From NCBI RefSeq assembly GCF_009914755.1, contig NC_060933.1: a stretch of DNA of 64,000 nucleotides, one strand, 5' to 3'. This DNA comes from the human T2T-CHM13v2.0 reference genome, Homo sapiens. The notes under the pieces are model-generated. The model was given only the letters and a program-made list of their open reading frames with translations. It had not been told where the DNA came from and made no database searches. Shown piece by piece: positions 62,815 to 64,000 of this stretch (position 1 is the first letter of the stretch; each line of letters begins with the position of its first letter). Made by a program: the position numbers and the translations under genes.

Positions 62815-63109
62815 GGCCAGGCACGGTGGCTCATGCCTGTAATCCCAGCACTTTGGGAAGCCGAGGCGGGTGAATCACCTGAGGTCAGGAGTTTGAGACC
62901 AGCCTGGCCAACACGGTGAAACCCTGTCTCCACTAAAAATACAAAAAAATTAGCCAGGCATGGTGGCAGGCACCTGTAATCCAGCTACTCAGGAGGCTGA
63001 GGCAGGAGAATCACTTGAACCTGGGAGGCAGAGGTTGCAGTGAGCCAAGATTGCACTCCAGCCTGGGTGACAAGAGCAAAACTCTATCTCAAAAAAAATA
63101 AAAAAAAAA
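62815..63109 (+). mobile_element. AluS
   Basis: Alu dimer. Confidence 0.95.
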
Positions 63110-63184
63110 GCAATGTTCGGGCCAGGACTTACCTGAGGAAAGGACCAGGAGTAGGTCAGGTGACACTAACACAAAGAATGAGGC

Positions 63185-63453
63185 AGCCGGGTGCGGTGGC
63201 TCACACCTGTAACCCCAGCACTTTGGGAGGCCGAGGCGGGCAGACCACTTAAGGTCAGGAGTTCAAGACCAGCCTGGCCAACATGGCAAAACTCCATCTC
63301 TACTAAAAATACAAAAATTAGCCGGGCGTGGTGGCAGGTGCCTGTAATCCCAGCTACTCAGGAGTCTCAGGCAGGAGAATTGCTTGAACCTGGGAGGTGG
63401 AGGTTGCAGTGAGCTGAGATCATACCACTGCACTTTAGCATGGGCAAAAAAAG
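63185..63453 (+). mobile_element. AluS, 3'-shortened
   Basis: Alu ending at gggcaaaaaaa, TSD aaagaatgaggc. Confidence 0.9.
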
Positions 63454-63654
63454 AATGAGGCTGGACATCTCCTGGGTTATAACTGAGTAACCAACTAGAA
63501 ATATGTGTTTGCAAGTATTTGACTGTGTGGACCACAGCATGAGACTGAGGTCTAAAAGTTGAGTTCCAGGAGAGGGAAGGTCAGGGGTTAGTCCAGGAAC
63601 ACAGGAGGGAACAAAGTCAGAGGACCCTTACTGGAGTCAGTAATGAAGGTAGAG

Positions 63655-63915
63655 AACAATAGCAACAGCAAACACTTCTAGAATGCCTGCTGCGTACCAC
63701 GTGCTGTTACAAGCACATTACTCATATTAACACATCTAATTCTCCTAATAGCCCTATGAAGTTGGTCCTGTTATTATTCCTGTTTGACAGATGAGGAAAC
63801 TGAGGCACAGGTAACAAAGTCTTTTGCCACCAGTGACACAGCTACTAAGTAGTAGAGCCAGGATTTGAGACCAGGTAGTATGATTTCAGGATCCATATTC
63901 TTAACCACTACACTC
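63655..63915 (-). mobile_element. MIR
   Basis: acagatgaggaaactgaggcacag core; ttaaccactacact end. Confidence 0.85.
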
Positions 63916-64000
63916 CACTGCAATACACTACAGACAGACTGGTGAGGGAAGGTAGGAAAGCAGGTCTTTTTATTTCTAGTTAAGTCTTTTGCTGGGCCCT

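Overview
This is primate (most likely human) non-coding DNA, very rich in repeats. I count about 64 Alu copies or fragments, roughly 28% of the window. Other contents are a ~2.9 kb L1PA 3' fragment, older L1M/L2/MIR fragments, a nest of ERV1 LTRs (LTR8/MER4 group) on top of an ancient ERVL (HERV16/LTR16-like) remnant at 11.7-17.3 kb, several MaLR LTRs, a near full-span but dead hAT-Charlie DNA transposon (31.5-36.0 kb) and a 3'-truncated 7SK retropseudogene (29331-29557). No intact protein-coding gene is supportable: the ORF track is Alu, L1, ERV or transposase debris, or chance ORFs. I cannot support a new multi-gene biological system here. The most interesting signals are rearrangement scars readable in the sequence: an Alu-spacer-Alu cassette shared between 39.5 kb and 1.2 kb, a multi-template insertion with two perfect hairpins at 10.2-10.4 kb, a 40-bp inverted templated insertion at 56.6 kb and an Alu with an inverted right arm at 55.7 kb. 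There is also a candidate 93-nt mini-intron in unique DNA at 49.7 kb. Repeat subfamily names come from recalled consensus sequences and boundaries are approximate; RepeatMasker/Dfam should confirm them.
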